In this document: piece by piece, positions 48,328 to 57,394 of the stretch
Layout: each line of letters begins with the position of its first letter
How positions within the stretch are numbered: the stretch's first letter is position 1
Assembly (NCBI GenBank): GCA_965207225.1
Contig: CBDBLV010000003.1
Coordinates: forward strand, 1 to 64,000
Source: Dehalococcoidia bacterium
Lineage (GTDB): Bacteria > Chloroflexota > Dehalococcoidia > Plut-88900
DNA length: 64,000 bases
Reading direction: 5' to 3'
Program-made: the position numbers and the translations under genes
The notes under the pieces: generated by a model
What the model was told of the DNA's origin: nothing
What the model saw: the letters and a program-made list of their open reading frames with translations, nothing else
Database searches by the model: none

Positions 48328-49694
48328 ACAAGGTGGACCTAAGCCCCGGTTACGAACTTCAGATTGAGGATAACGGTGGCCGACTTGGCACGATGCGTGC
48401 AGCATTGCGAGCGGACTTGGATTTCCACGGCGCCAACGGCAGCTACGGGTCTCATGCCTGGCACCCCTTTCCCGCAAAGTTTCCGCCGCAGTTGCCGGAG
48501 TTCATGATTCGCCAACTCTCGGACCCGGGCGACCTAGTTTTCGATCCTATGCTCGGCTCTGGGACGACACTCGTTGAAGCTCTCCGCCTCGGACGTCGAG
48601 CGGTTGGTTGCGACATCGACCCCTTGGCGCGACTGATTGCGGAAACTAAGTTGACTCCCATAGACCCCATCGCCGCCCTCCATGAGGGCAACAGGATATT
48701 GGCTGAGGCAATTGACGACTACCACACTTCCCGCCCGAGGCTGCAAAGAGACCTTGAGTTACGATTCGACGCTAAGACTGCGCAGTTCATCGACTACTGG
48801 TTCCTTCCCCAGCAACAGCTTGAACTCCTTGCTCTGGTGCAGCGTATTGATGCTTTGCCGGAAGGAGGTACGCGAGATTTCCTCAAGGTGGCATTCTCTT
48901 CGACCATTATTGCCAAGTCTGGTGGAGTCTCGTTGGCCCGCGACCTAGCCCACACGCGTCCCCACCGAGATACAGAGAAGACGCCCACGTCGGCCTTCGT
49001 GGAGTTCGGCAAGCGTCTAGAACGCAATGTCGCAGCCTTCAGAAGGGACGAATCGATCGACGCCGCCATGCCGTTCTGTCTCAATGGCGCTAGTGAACGA
49101 GAATCCTCTCTCTCAGCGTCCATCCACACAGCGAGTGCCGCAGACACTGGTTTGCCCGACACAAGCATCGACTTGATTGTGACGTCCCCGCCCTATGCCA
49201 ACAATGCAATCGACTATATGCGCGCTCACAAGTTCTCGCTGGTGTGGTTCGGCTGGAAGATCGCCGACCTGAGCCGGCTTCGCGCTCGATACGTGGGCCA
49301 CGATGCCTTATCCGGCCTGCGCAGCGATGCGCTGCCTAACCAGTGCGAAGAGACCTTGGACAGACTGGCAGACCTCGACGACAGGAAAGCACTGGTGTTG
49401 CGTCGCTATTTCCAGGAGATGAAGACGGTCATCGCCGAGATGGAACGGGTCCTGAAGGAAGGCAGGCCAGCTGTGATAGTCGTCGGCTCGTCAACGCTTC
49501 GGGGCTTGGACGTGGAGACACACAAGGGGCTCGCCGCAATCGGCGAAGATGTGGGCCTTGTCCTAGCCGGGATTGGCACCCGTCTCTTGGATCGTGACAA
49601 GCGCATGATGCCAGCACGATGGGGTAGCCGACGACATTCCCAGATCGAAGAGCGCATGCATAAGGAGTACGTGATCGGACTGGTGAAGCCGTAA
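48324..49694 (+). CDS. amino DNA methyltransferase, probably N4-cytosine
   Basis: HPFPAKF, FDPMLGSGTT (motif I), VTSPPY (motif IV). Confidence 0.88.
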   Translation: MNKVDLSPGYELQIEDNGGRLGTMRAALRADLDFHGANGSYGSHAWHPFPAKFPPQLPEFMIRQLSDPGDLVFDPMLGSGTTLVEALRLGRRAVGCDIDPLARLIAETKLTPIDPIAALHEGNRILAEAIDDYHTSRPRLQRDLELRFDAKTAQFIDYWFLPQQQLELLALVQRIDALPEGGTRDFLKVAFSSTIIAKSGGVSLARDLAHTRPHRDTEKTPTSAFVEFGKRLERNVAAFRRDESIDAAMPFCLNGASERESSLSASIHTASAADTGLPDTSIDLIVTSPPYANNAIDYMRAHKFSLVWFGWKIADLSRLRARYVGHDALSGLRSDALPNQCEETLDRLADLDDRKALVLRRYFQEMKTVIAEMERVLKEGRPAVIVVGSSTLRGLDVETHKGLAAIGEDVGLVLAGIGTRLLDRDKRMMPARWGSRRHSQIEERMHKEYVIGLVKP

Positions 49695-50530
49695 TGCCTG
49701 GCAGGATCGAAGCTCTTCGGCGGGCCTACCACCGCGAGATTGCCAATAGAGTCCTGCGGCAGAATCCGTCCGGCGTGCCGAATAACGCCGATAGCGGTAG
49801 TGCTTCAAGTGTGCGGATTGCCAAGGGCATTGTTCAGCATATTGGGCTTCCTCTGGGGTCCGACAAGCTGGCGGGACAGACGGCGGGACATCGCTTCGAA
49901 GAGGCCACAAAGAACTTCCTGCGTGAAGCATTTGGGTTGCTTTCTCATCTACGGCCTGGGGAGTGGGAATTCTCACTGGGCGGGAACATCCGCGACTACG
50001 AGCAATACTTACACTTATCAGACGTGCGACGGATGGTCGAGCAGCATGAGGAACTGCGGATTATCTTCGGTGACTATATTGTGACGCCTGACATCGTTGT
50101 CTGCCGGGAGCCGGTTTCAGACTCCACGATCAACGAGAAGGAAGCTCTGCTCAATGACGACACCGTGGCAAGCTACACGCCACTGCGTCGCGCCAACTCA
50201 CAGGCGAGTATCCTCCACGCGAGCGTGTCCTGCAAATGGACGATTCGCAGTGACCGGTCCCAAAACGCACGCACCGAAGGCTTGAACCTCGTGCGCAACC
50301 GTAAGGGTAAGACGCCGCACATAGTCGTCGTCATAGGAGAACCTCTTCCCGGAAGAATAGCATCGCTGGCCTACGGCACAGGCGACATTGACTGTGTCTA
50401 CCATTTTGCGCTTAGGGAATTGAAGACCGCGGTAGCAGGCAACGATTCGGATGCTGAACTGCTTGACACATTGGTCTCCGGCAGACGACTACGTGACATT
50501 AGTGACCTGCCGTTTGACTTGGCGACCTGA
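49694..50530 (+). CDS. NgoMIV-family type II restriction endonuclease
   Basis: PDIV...SCKWTIRSDRSQNARTEGLNLVRNRKG...GTGDIDCVYH. Confidence 0.9.
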   Translation: MPGRIEALRRAYHREIANRVLRQNPSGVPNNADSGSASSVRIAKGIVQHIGLPLGSDKLAGQTAGHRFEEATKNFLREAFGLLSHLRPGEWEFSLGGNIRDYEQYLHLSDVRRMVEQHEELRIIFGDYIVTPDIVVCREPVSDSTINEKEALLNDDTVASYTPLRRANSQASILHASVSCKWTIRSDRSQNARTEGLNLVRNRKGKTPHIVVVIGEPLPGRIASLAYGTGDIDCVYHFALRELKTAVAGNDSDAELLDTLVSGRRLRDISDLPFDLAT

Positions 50531-50533
50531 GGG

Positions 50534-52426
50534 ATGAGATGGATGTCGCCAAATGAAGCCTGTGGGCTGAAGCAAATCCCTCTGGCTCTAGCTTTGATTA
50601 TGGCGCTGTTTGTCCTGATCTCGTGCGACGATGATTCTATTCCATCCCCACAGCAGGACGCAAACGTCCCAGCCCCAGTCGCAGTGTTCCCATCCGAGTC
50701 AGATATTGAAACAGCCGCAGATGACAAGACAAGCTGGGATGCCTTCACTTCCATTAGCGCAGGAAGCACCCATAGCTGTGGAGTCAGGAACGACGGTAAC
50801 GTCATCTGCTGGGGAGACAGCGTCGGAGGGCAGGCCTCACCACCAACAGGCACGTTCACCTCGGTCAGCTCTGGATCGGCGCATACCTGCGGGCTCAGGG
50901 CAGACGGCTCCGTCGTCTGCTGGGGTGATGATTGGGAGGGTCGAGCCTCCCCGCCCGAGGGTGTCTTCATTTCAGTCAGCGTCGGACGACGTCACAGCTG
51001 TGGCGTGCGGGACGACAACTCCGTCGCTTGCTGGGGCTATGATGCACATGGCCGGTCTACTCCGCCTGAAGGCCACTTTATTGCAGTCAGCGCCGGGGAG
51101 AATCATACCTGTGCAGTGCGTGACAAAGGCACACTAGCCTGTTGGGGTTATGACAGCCATGTCCAGACTTCCCCGGGAGACAGTTTCATCTCTGTCAGTG
51201 TAGGGCGGCTCCACACTTGCGGGCTGAGAGAAGACGGCTCTTTCGTCTGCTGGGGTGGTGATCTTGATGGCCATGTCTCCCCGCCGGAATATCACTTCAC
51301 CTCGGTCAGTGTCGGGTCGTACCAAATCTGCGGCCTGAAGGATGACGCTTTCGTTACGTGCTGGGGTGATGATCCCTATGATCAGGCCCCCTTCGCTCAG
51401 ACTCCCACGCCGGAGGGTTCATTCATCTCGGTGAGCAGCGGGGGAAACCATACCTGCGGAGTTCGGGAGGATGCCTCTGTCACTTGCTGGGGCTATGACC
51501 GGTATGGTCAGGCTTCACCTCCCGCAGGCAGTTTTGCTTCCGTAGATGCAGGGGAATACCAAGTTTGCGCAGTTAGATACGACAAGTCTCTGGCCTGCTG
51601 GCGCGGAACTGAAATCGACATGCCAGCAGGCATCTTCGCATCAGTCAGTGCTGGAGGGCACCAAGTCCCGCGCCGTTGGAATCCTCCTGCCTGCACGCAA
51701 GAACCCTGTCCCACTCTGGTACCCCCGCCACCTTTTGAATCCCTCAGGCACACCTGCGGGGTGCGCGACGATGGTTCTATCGTCTGCTGGGGCAATGACG
51801 AATATGGCCAAGCCTCCCCGCCCGAGGACACGTTCATCTCTGTCAGTGCCGGGGGAAATCACACCTGCGGAGTGCGAGTCAACGGTTCGGTGGCCTGCTG
51901 GGGAAACGATACTCATAGACAAGCCAGCCCCCCATCAATGGCCTTCATTTCGGTTAGTTCCGGAGGAGGACATGGCCACGTTGGGCAGGCAGACCTAGTT
52001 GAAGCCGCCCACACCTGTGGGCTGAGGACAGACAGAGCCGTCGTCTGCTGGGGTGATGACCGGTATGGTCAAGCCTCCCCGCCCGAGGGCACATTTACGT
52101 CGGTCAGTGCGGGAGGCCACCACACCTGTGGGCTGAGGGACGATGGCTCCGTCGTCTGCTGGGGTGATGACTGGCATGGTCAGACTTCCCCACCGGAGGG
52201 CACATTCACATCCCTCAGTGCAGGAGGCCACCACACCTGTGGCGTGCGGGATGACGGTTCGATAGCCTGTTGGGGCAATGATTACGATGGCCGAGCCTCT
52301 CCGCCCCACGGCTCTTTTGTTTGGCTGGACTGCGGAGTGGGGCACTCCTGCGGGATAAGGGACAACGGTTCCATCATTTGCTGGGGAAGATTTGCAATGG
52401 TGGTACCCGCGGCATCTGGGCACTAG
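50534..52426 (+). CDS. RCC1/BLIP-II repeat beta-propeller lipoprotein
   Basis: lipobox LISC; many F.SVSAG..HTCG.R.DGSV.CWG.D..GQASPP repeats. Confidence 0.9.
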   Translation: MRWMSPNEACGLKQIPLALALIMALFVLISCDDDSIPSPQQDANVPAPVAVFPSESDIETAADDKTSWDAFTSISAGSTHSCGVRNDGNVICWGDSVGGQASPPTGTFTSVSSGSAHTCGLRADGSVVCWGDDWEGRASPPEGVFISVSVGRRHSCGVRDDNSVACWGYDAHGRSTPPEGHFIAVSAGENHTCAVRDKGTLACWGYDSHVQTSPGDSFISVSVGRLHTCGLREDGSFVCWGGDLDGHVSPPEYHFTSVSVGSYQICGLKDDAFVTCWGDDPYDQAPFAQTPTPEGSFISVSSGGNHTCGVREDASVTCWGYDRYGQASPPAGSFASVDAGEYQVCAVRYDKSLACWRGTEIDMPAGIFASVSAGGHQVPRRWNPPACTQEPCPTLVPPPPFESLRHTCGVRDDGSIVCWGNDEYGQASPPEDTFISVSAGGNHTCGVRVNGSVACWGNDTHRQASPPSMAFISVSSGGGHGHVGQADLVEAAHTCGLRTDRAVVCWGDDRYGQASPPEGTFTSVSAGGHHTCGLRDDGSVVCWGDDWHGQTSPPEGTFTSLSAGGHHTCGVRDDGSIACWGNDYDGRASPPHGSFVWLDCGVGHSCGIRDNGSIICWGRFAMVVPAASGH

Positions 52427-52570
52427 CGACTGCTTGGCGATCTATTCGCTCGGCTTGCTGGTCGCACGACCTTAAGAGTAGTCCAAGAGAACTGGGCCTG
52501 CCGGATTCCGCCCACAGCCACTGACACGCAGCAGTTGCCCATCGAAGCGCTTCCTCGCTACAGTCAAACC

Positions 52571-54301
52571 ATGTCCTTGTCCGACCACCAGCTGCTCGAC
52601 GCACTTGCCCGGCTGCCCTTCGTCGAATCGACGGAACTGGCGCTCCTCCTGGGCGAGCCCCACGCGACCGTCCATCGCAGATTGTCCGAGCTGCTGACCG
52701 ACGGCGTCGTGGGGAAGGCCACCCACGGCACCGTCCACCTGCCGTCGAGCGGGAGATACTTCATCGCCGCCGACGGCATCGGCGAGACCGCCGACCTCCT
52801 GAGCTACGACACGCCCTCGGACTTCGTGCGGGCCTATCCCATGAGCAGGGAGTGGCTGAACCTGCTCCTGCGCCGCATGGACGCGGTGGCCGCAGTCTAC
52901 CGCCTGGCCGCCACCATGTCCCCCGGCTCGGATTCACATCAGACCCGCGTGGAGTTCCACCGCAAGGGGCGGTTCGACGCCGTGATCACCCTCCACGACG
53001 GCCGCAGCTTTGGCGTGGTGCGTCAGGGTCTCGCCCTGCGGCGGCGGTCCCTCTACGACCGGCTGAAGGCCATAGCGCAGTACAACCACAGCCGACGCCC
53101 CGACGTGATTCTCATCCTGGTGCCCAGCGTGTGGGAGCGGAGGCAGACGGGGAGCTTCTGCGAACGGGTCGATCTGACGGACTTCTTCATCGCCGTGGAG
53201 TCCAGGACCGCCCTGGAAAGACGGAACCGCCGCGTCTGGCAGGAGACGACGGGGTGGGTCGGGAACGTCTTCCACACGTTGGAAGATGTCATCTCCCGGG
53301 GCAGGACAGGCAGAAGACGACGCCCCCTCACCGCGTCGCCGGAGCGGAAGCGAGCTTCCCTGCCTCAACCTGAGCGGATGGTGCAGACCGCCCCGGCCTT
53401 CGGCCCCAGCCCCTCGGAGAAGCGGACGCTGGACCTGATCACCGACCACCCCATGATCCCCCGCGAGCACCTGGCCCTCTGGCTCGGCGTCTCCGATGGA
53501 AGACTCAGCCAGATGATGCGCAGCCTGGTGAAGACCTGGGGCCTCGTGGAGCGTCACGGCAAACGCGGAGAAGTTCGCTACACGCTGTCCGACGAGGGGA
53601 TACGCTACGTCACCCACCGGGACCGGGCGGAGCTGCCCACCACGCGGGGCATCTGGAGCACGGAGCTCACCACTGACAAAGAGGAACGCCCACGACACGT
53701 GGGGCACCGCATCGAGACGTGGGCGCGGCAGACGAAACACGCCGACGGCATCACCTGGTTCCTGTCGAAGCTGAAAGCCGAAACCCGTTCCGACCCCGAC
53801 AGCGCGCTGGTGTGGGTGGTTCCCACGGCCAGGTCGGACCGGGCCTACAACTGGGGCCGCTCCGCCATCGCCCCCGACGCCGTGGGGCATCTTCTCGCCG
53901 GTGGCCATCCCGTGCCCTTCTACCTTGAGCACGAGCTTAGAGCCCGTCACCCCAGGGGAGTGATCGCCCGCCTGGACCCCTACGAAGACTACTACTGGTC
54001 GAATGAGCAGAAAGAGGACCTGCCGCCGTACCCGGTCACGCTGTTCGTCGTGGACACCGAGGAGGTGGAGGAGACCTACGTGAGCACCGCAGGCCGGATG
54101 CACCGGATGTCGCTGCCCATCCTGGCGTCCTGCACGCCCGTGCTGTCACGCCGGGGGATACTGGGGGAGTCCTGGCGTCCCTTGTGGGAGCCGTCCTCCC
54201 CCCGACTGGCGTTGTCAGGGCTGAGCGTCTACCAGTGGGACGGTCTCTACCACCGGATGCGGCAGAGTCCTGTAGAGGCATCCTATAGAAGGGGGCGATA
54301 A
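52571..54301 (+). CDS. replication-relaxation family protein
   Basis: paralog of 26748-28415; IAPDAVG...FYLEHEL...RLDPY. Confidence 0.75.
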   Translation: MSLSDHQLLDALARLPFVESTELALLLGEPHATVHRRLSELLTDGVVGKATHGTVHLPSSGRYFIAADGIGETADLLSYDTPSDFVRAYPMSREWLNLLLRRMDAVAAVYRLAATMSPGSDSHQTRVEFHRKGRFDAVITLHDGRSFGVVRQGLALRRRSLYDRLKAIAQYNHSRRPDVILILVPSVWERRQTGSFCERVDLTDFFIAVESRTALERRNRRVWQETTGWVGNVFHTLEDVISRGRTGRRRRPLTASPERKRASLPQPERMVQTAPAFGPSPSEKRTLDLITDHPMIPREHLALWLGVSDGRLSQMMRSLVKTWGLVERHGKRGEVRYTLSDEGIRYVTHRDRAELPTTRGIWSTELTTDKEERPRHVGHRIETWARQTKHADGITWFLSKLKAETRSDPDSALVWVVPTARSDRAYNWGRSAIAPDAVGHLLAGGHPVPFYLEHELRARHPRGVIARLDPYEDYYWSNEQKEDLPPYPVTLFVVDTEEVEETYVSTAGRMHRMSLPILASCTPVLSRRGILGESWRPLWEPSSPRLALSGLSVYQWDGLYHRMRQSPVEASYRRGR

Positions 54302-54860
54302 CGTGATACATAGATAGCACCGATGCGTCGCTATCTGCCCTCCCTGCTGTCTGGGGGCCGTAAAAGTGGACATTTTGTCCAGTAGGCGGGGTCTGGAGGG
54401 GGCCGAAGACCGGTCATTTGCCCCTGATTCAGCTACGAAACGGCCTTTCGGACCCCTCGACCGGTCAACGACTGAAAATGCAAGTCTCGGAGAAGCTATG
54501 CTAAAATACGTCACCGCTCAAAACACGCCCGAATTGCACTTTTACCACCTCGACCGGTCAGCCGTTGGAGGGGGATTTAGCTACGGATGCCCCTGTCCGT
54601 GGAGTCTGAGGCATCGATTGGGACATGATCTGGAACTCCAGTGGCGTCCCCGGCCCACGTTGGCCCACCGGAAATTGCAGGAATTGAGGTGGGGGTGTGC
54701 GACGCGAAACGGGGTGGTGGGCAGGAACGGACATTTCGGGCCACGCAGGTTTGGATTTATGCAACGATCGGGGAGATTGGCTAAAAATTGTGACCGGTCG
54801 GTGTCAAGGGCTGGTTCCGCCGAAAATTGCAGAAGCGGCCCATCCCAATAGAGGACGAAA

Positions 54861-55328
54861 ATGACATCTCGGAAGTCGAAGATGAAATCGGGGGCCGGAG
54901 ACGTTAAGCCCGACCAGAAGTGGGTCGTGGAGTACCTCGTCCAGCGCGAAGGGCAGCGCAAGACGGCGGCCCTCCTGGGGGTGAACCGGAAGACGGTGGC
55001 CCTGGCCCTGAGCAAAGAGCGCTTGACGGGCAGGATGACCCTGGCCGTCAAGCGGTTCATGGCCAGCTTGGACGATCCCGATGGGGAGAGGGCGAGTCCC
55101 TTGGACAGGCTGGAGGCGAGGATACAGGTGGCGCTCGAAGTGGCGCACGAGCTGGCGGCGCTGGTGGAGAGCTTGACCCAGCGCGTCGAGGCCCTGGAGG
55201 CGGCGCGGCAGGAAGATGATGCCGGGGGCCGGGCGTCGGATGCGCCCGACGCCGGGGGCCGTGGTCTGCGCCTGTTGGACCGGTGGCGGAGACGGAGAGC
55301 GCAGGACGAGGACGAGAGCGATGGCTGA
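54861..55328 (+). CDS. HTH + coiled-coil backbone protein
   Basis: GAGGA RBS; paralog at 63261-63698. Confidence 0.8.
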   Translation: MTSRKSKMKSGAGDVKPDQKWVVEYLVQREGQRKTAALLGVNRKTVALALSKERLTGRMTLAVKRFMASLDDPDGERASPLDRLEARIQVALEVAHELAALVESLTQRVEALEAARQEDDAGGRASDAPDAGGRGLRLLDRWRRRRAQDEDESDG

Positions 55329-55764
55329 GCGGGTGCGCTGGGTGGCGAAGGCGGAGGCGGCGCGGGAGATGGAAGTCTCCATCTCGACCCTTGACCGGAT
55401 GATCCGGCGGGCAGAGGTCGAGGTGCGCAGGGAAGGCCGCCGGGTTTACGTGCGGATCGAGGGGCCGGAGCGCGTGGACGACGAGGAACTGCTGCGCCGG
55501 GCTCTTGGCCGGGAGGACAAGCTTCAACGGAGGCTGGTGGATTTGGACCGGCGGGCACTGGCGTTGGAGCGGGAGCGGGACGAGGCGGTGCACGCCGCGT
55601 CCACCGACAGGCAGGCCCTTGAGGAGGTTGAGGAGGCGTATCAGAAGGAACGGGCCGGGCACGAGAAGACGAAGGAAGGACTCATCGCGGCCCGCGTGAC
55701 CGCCTTGGTGCTGTTAGCGCTGCTGATTGGCAGCGTTCTTCTGTGGTGGCTCGTGCTGAGATAG
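55321..55764 (+). CDS. excisionase/AlpA-like HTH + coiled coil + C-terminal TM protein
   Basis: KAEAAREMEVSISTLDRMIRR; hydrophobic C-terminus; paralog at 62834-63268. Confidence 0.8.
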   Translation: MAERVRWVAKAEAAREMEVSISTLDRMIRRAEVEVRREGRRVYVRIEGPERVDDEELLRRALGREDKLQRRLVDLDRRALALERERDEAVHAASTDRQALEEVEEAYQKERAGHEKTKEGLIAARVTALVLLALLIGSVLLWWLVLR

Positions 55765-55959
55765 AGACAGCGTCGCAGGCGCATCAATGCAGGGAGAACT
55801 GGCAGTGGGATTAACGTTGACTGTGACGCTTCGAGGTTGCCTCACCCGCGAGCTAAGTAATATGATTCAGATAGGTATCACCGAGTAAGCAGCGTGCGTT
55901 TGGCAAGCAAGGAACCGAATTGACAGAGGCGAGTTTGCACTGCGGGATCAGGTGTAGTT

Positions 55960-56445
55960 ATGGCCAATCCGCGGCACCCTGATAAGTTGATCTACCTCCA
56001 CGTGGCAAAAGGGAAGATATTGCCTCGGGTGGTCCCGCTTGTTGTGCTCATCGTCGTGTTCTTGGCCTCAGCCTGTGGATTGACTAACCAGGAAACCGCT
56101 CCAACACGCAAACATCTCACAGCCGAACAGTTCTACAATTCGTTGAAGAGTGAGCTCAAGAGCAATCCGACCCGGTTGAAGTCGTTGGTGGGTCAAGAGC
56201 TACGTCCCTTCGAGGGTGAAATAACCAATATCGAAGGAGCAAGCATCCAGTTTCACGTCGATAAACGCTTCCTCAGGAGGGACCACTACATAACATGCAC
56301 TTTTCGTTCGAGCACTGATGTAGTACCTCTCAACAACGGAGAATATGTAGCGGTACAGGGGGTACTAGAAGAAGCGTTTCCCAATTCCTTCATGGCCGAA
56401 GCTGGGGCAGTGAAACTCAGGAACTGTCGACAGGTCGATAGGTAA
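55960..56445 (+). CDS. putative lipoprotein with OB-fold (tRNA_anti-like)
   Basis: lipobox ASAC; LTAEQFY...GEITNI...ITCTF...LNNGEYVAVQG...LRNC. Confidence 0.6.
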   Translation: MANPRHPDKLIYLHVAKGKILPRVVPLVVLIVVFLASACGLTNQETAPTRKHLTAEQFYNSLKSELKSNPTRLKSLVGQELRPFEGEITNIEGASIQFHVDKRFLRRDHYITCTFRSSTDVVPLNNGEYVAVQGVLEEAFPNSFMAEAGAVKLRNCRQVDR

Positions 56446-56660
56446 ATGGCCTGCAAATCCCCACCCTTCCCGTCACAGTAGAACCCCGTATCAGTCTCGC
56501 ATAAGTTTGTGGCCGGGACCAATGGTGATCGGGGAGTTTGGCGGTGTCTTGTGTCCCCCATTGGGAGGTGATCTGTGCATCTCCTCGAACTATGCCGTCG
56601 AGTACATGTCCGACGAGGTTGTTGTAGAGAAGCCATCATTCAAGGTAACGAGGAATACAG

Positions 56661-56858
56661 ATGAGTGAAGATAAGGGTGAGCGTGTCGTAACACAAAAGG
56701 AGATCATGGGAAGCCTTGTGGCTGTCAGATCAGTGCTGGAGCGCGCGCTGAATCTGTTGACGCGCGAGCAGTTGCAGTTCATGCATGAGGTTGAAGCGGG
56801 CACTTACGTGCACTGTGGGGTGACCGGAGGCCTGATGACTTCACCTCCGGCATCTTAG
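56661..56858 (+). CDS. small hypothetical protein
   Basis: GAGGA RBS before ATG; no motif recognised. Confidence 0.35.
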   Translation: MSEDKGERVVTQKEIMGSLVAVRSVLERALNLLTREQLQFMHEVEAGTYVHCGVTGGLMTSPPAS

Positions 56859-57127
56859 AAGAGTATGACCGCCTCACGTTCAGGCTTCGTCATAAAGTGC
56901 ACCTCCTTGATACTGGCCAAAGGGAATCGCGGCGCAGTGATGCGATAGACCGGCAATCCTTCCGCCGTAAGTGTGAGATGCTGGCAGTGCCTCCTCTCTT
57001 GACCTTGCCAATTCGAGATGCCCGAAGTGTGGAAGTTACGAATTCCTTGAACTTATCTAGCGTCACGATGCCCCCGACGCTCACCTAAGTTGGGGGGAAT
57101 TGATACAGCGCCCGGAGTAGACTCTAC

Positions 57128-57178
57128 TTGACAATCGCCTCTCAATTCGGTCATGATACGAGTATGACGTGGTCATAC
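57128..57178 (+). promoter_or_regulatory. promoter and palindromic operator of RHH-int1b
   Basis: TTGACA-18 bp-CATGAT; GTATGAC-gtg-GTCATAC at 57162-57178. Confidence 0.7.
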
Positions 57179-57196
57179 AATAGGAGGTAGGAGAGA

Positions 57197-57394
57197 GTGC
57201 CCACGACCCGGAAGGCCATCACCTTCTCCATGCCTCCGGAGATGGCCGAGCAGGTGCAGCAGATGGTGAAGGAAGAGGGCCGCACCATGAGTGAGTTCCT
57301 CCGCGATGCCATCCGCCTATACATGGAGGAGCGGGAGTGGCTGCGGCAGGAGCGCCGCCAACGGGCGAATGCCCGCAGGAGCGACCAGGAATGA
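57197..57394 (+). CDS. CopG/RHH regulator coupled to int1b
   Basis: AGGAGG RBS; KAITFSMPPEMA...MSEFLRDAIRLYMEE. Confidence 0.85.
   Translation: MPTTRKAITFSMPPEMAEQVQQMVKEEGRTMSEFLRDAIRLYMEEREWLRQERRQRANARRSDQE

Larger units (their letters stand above)
54550..55764 (+). repeat. ~1.2-kb backbone segment, inverted homolog of 62834-64000
   Basis: shared non-coding sequence plus two paralogous ORFs in opposite orientation. Confidence 0.85.

Noticed and set aside
50740-52390. Regularly spaced nucleotide repeats resembling a CRISPR or DGR array
   Set aside because: In-frame RCC1 protein repeats; no unique spacers, cas genes or reverse transcriptase in the window
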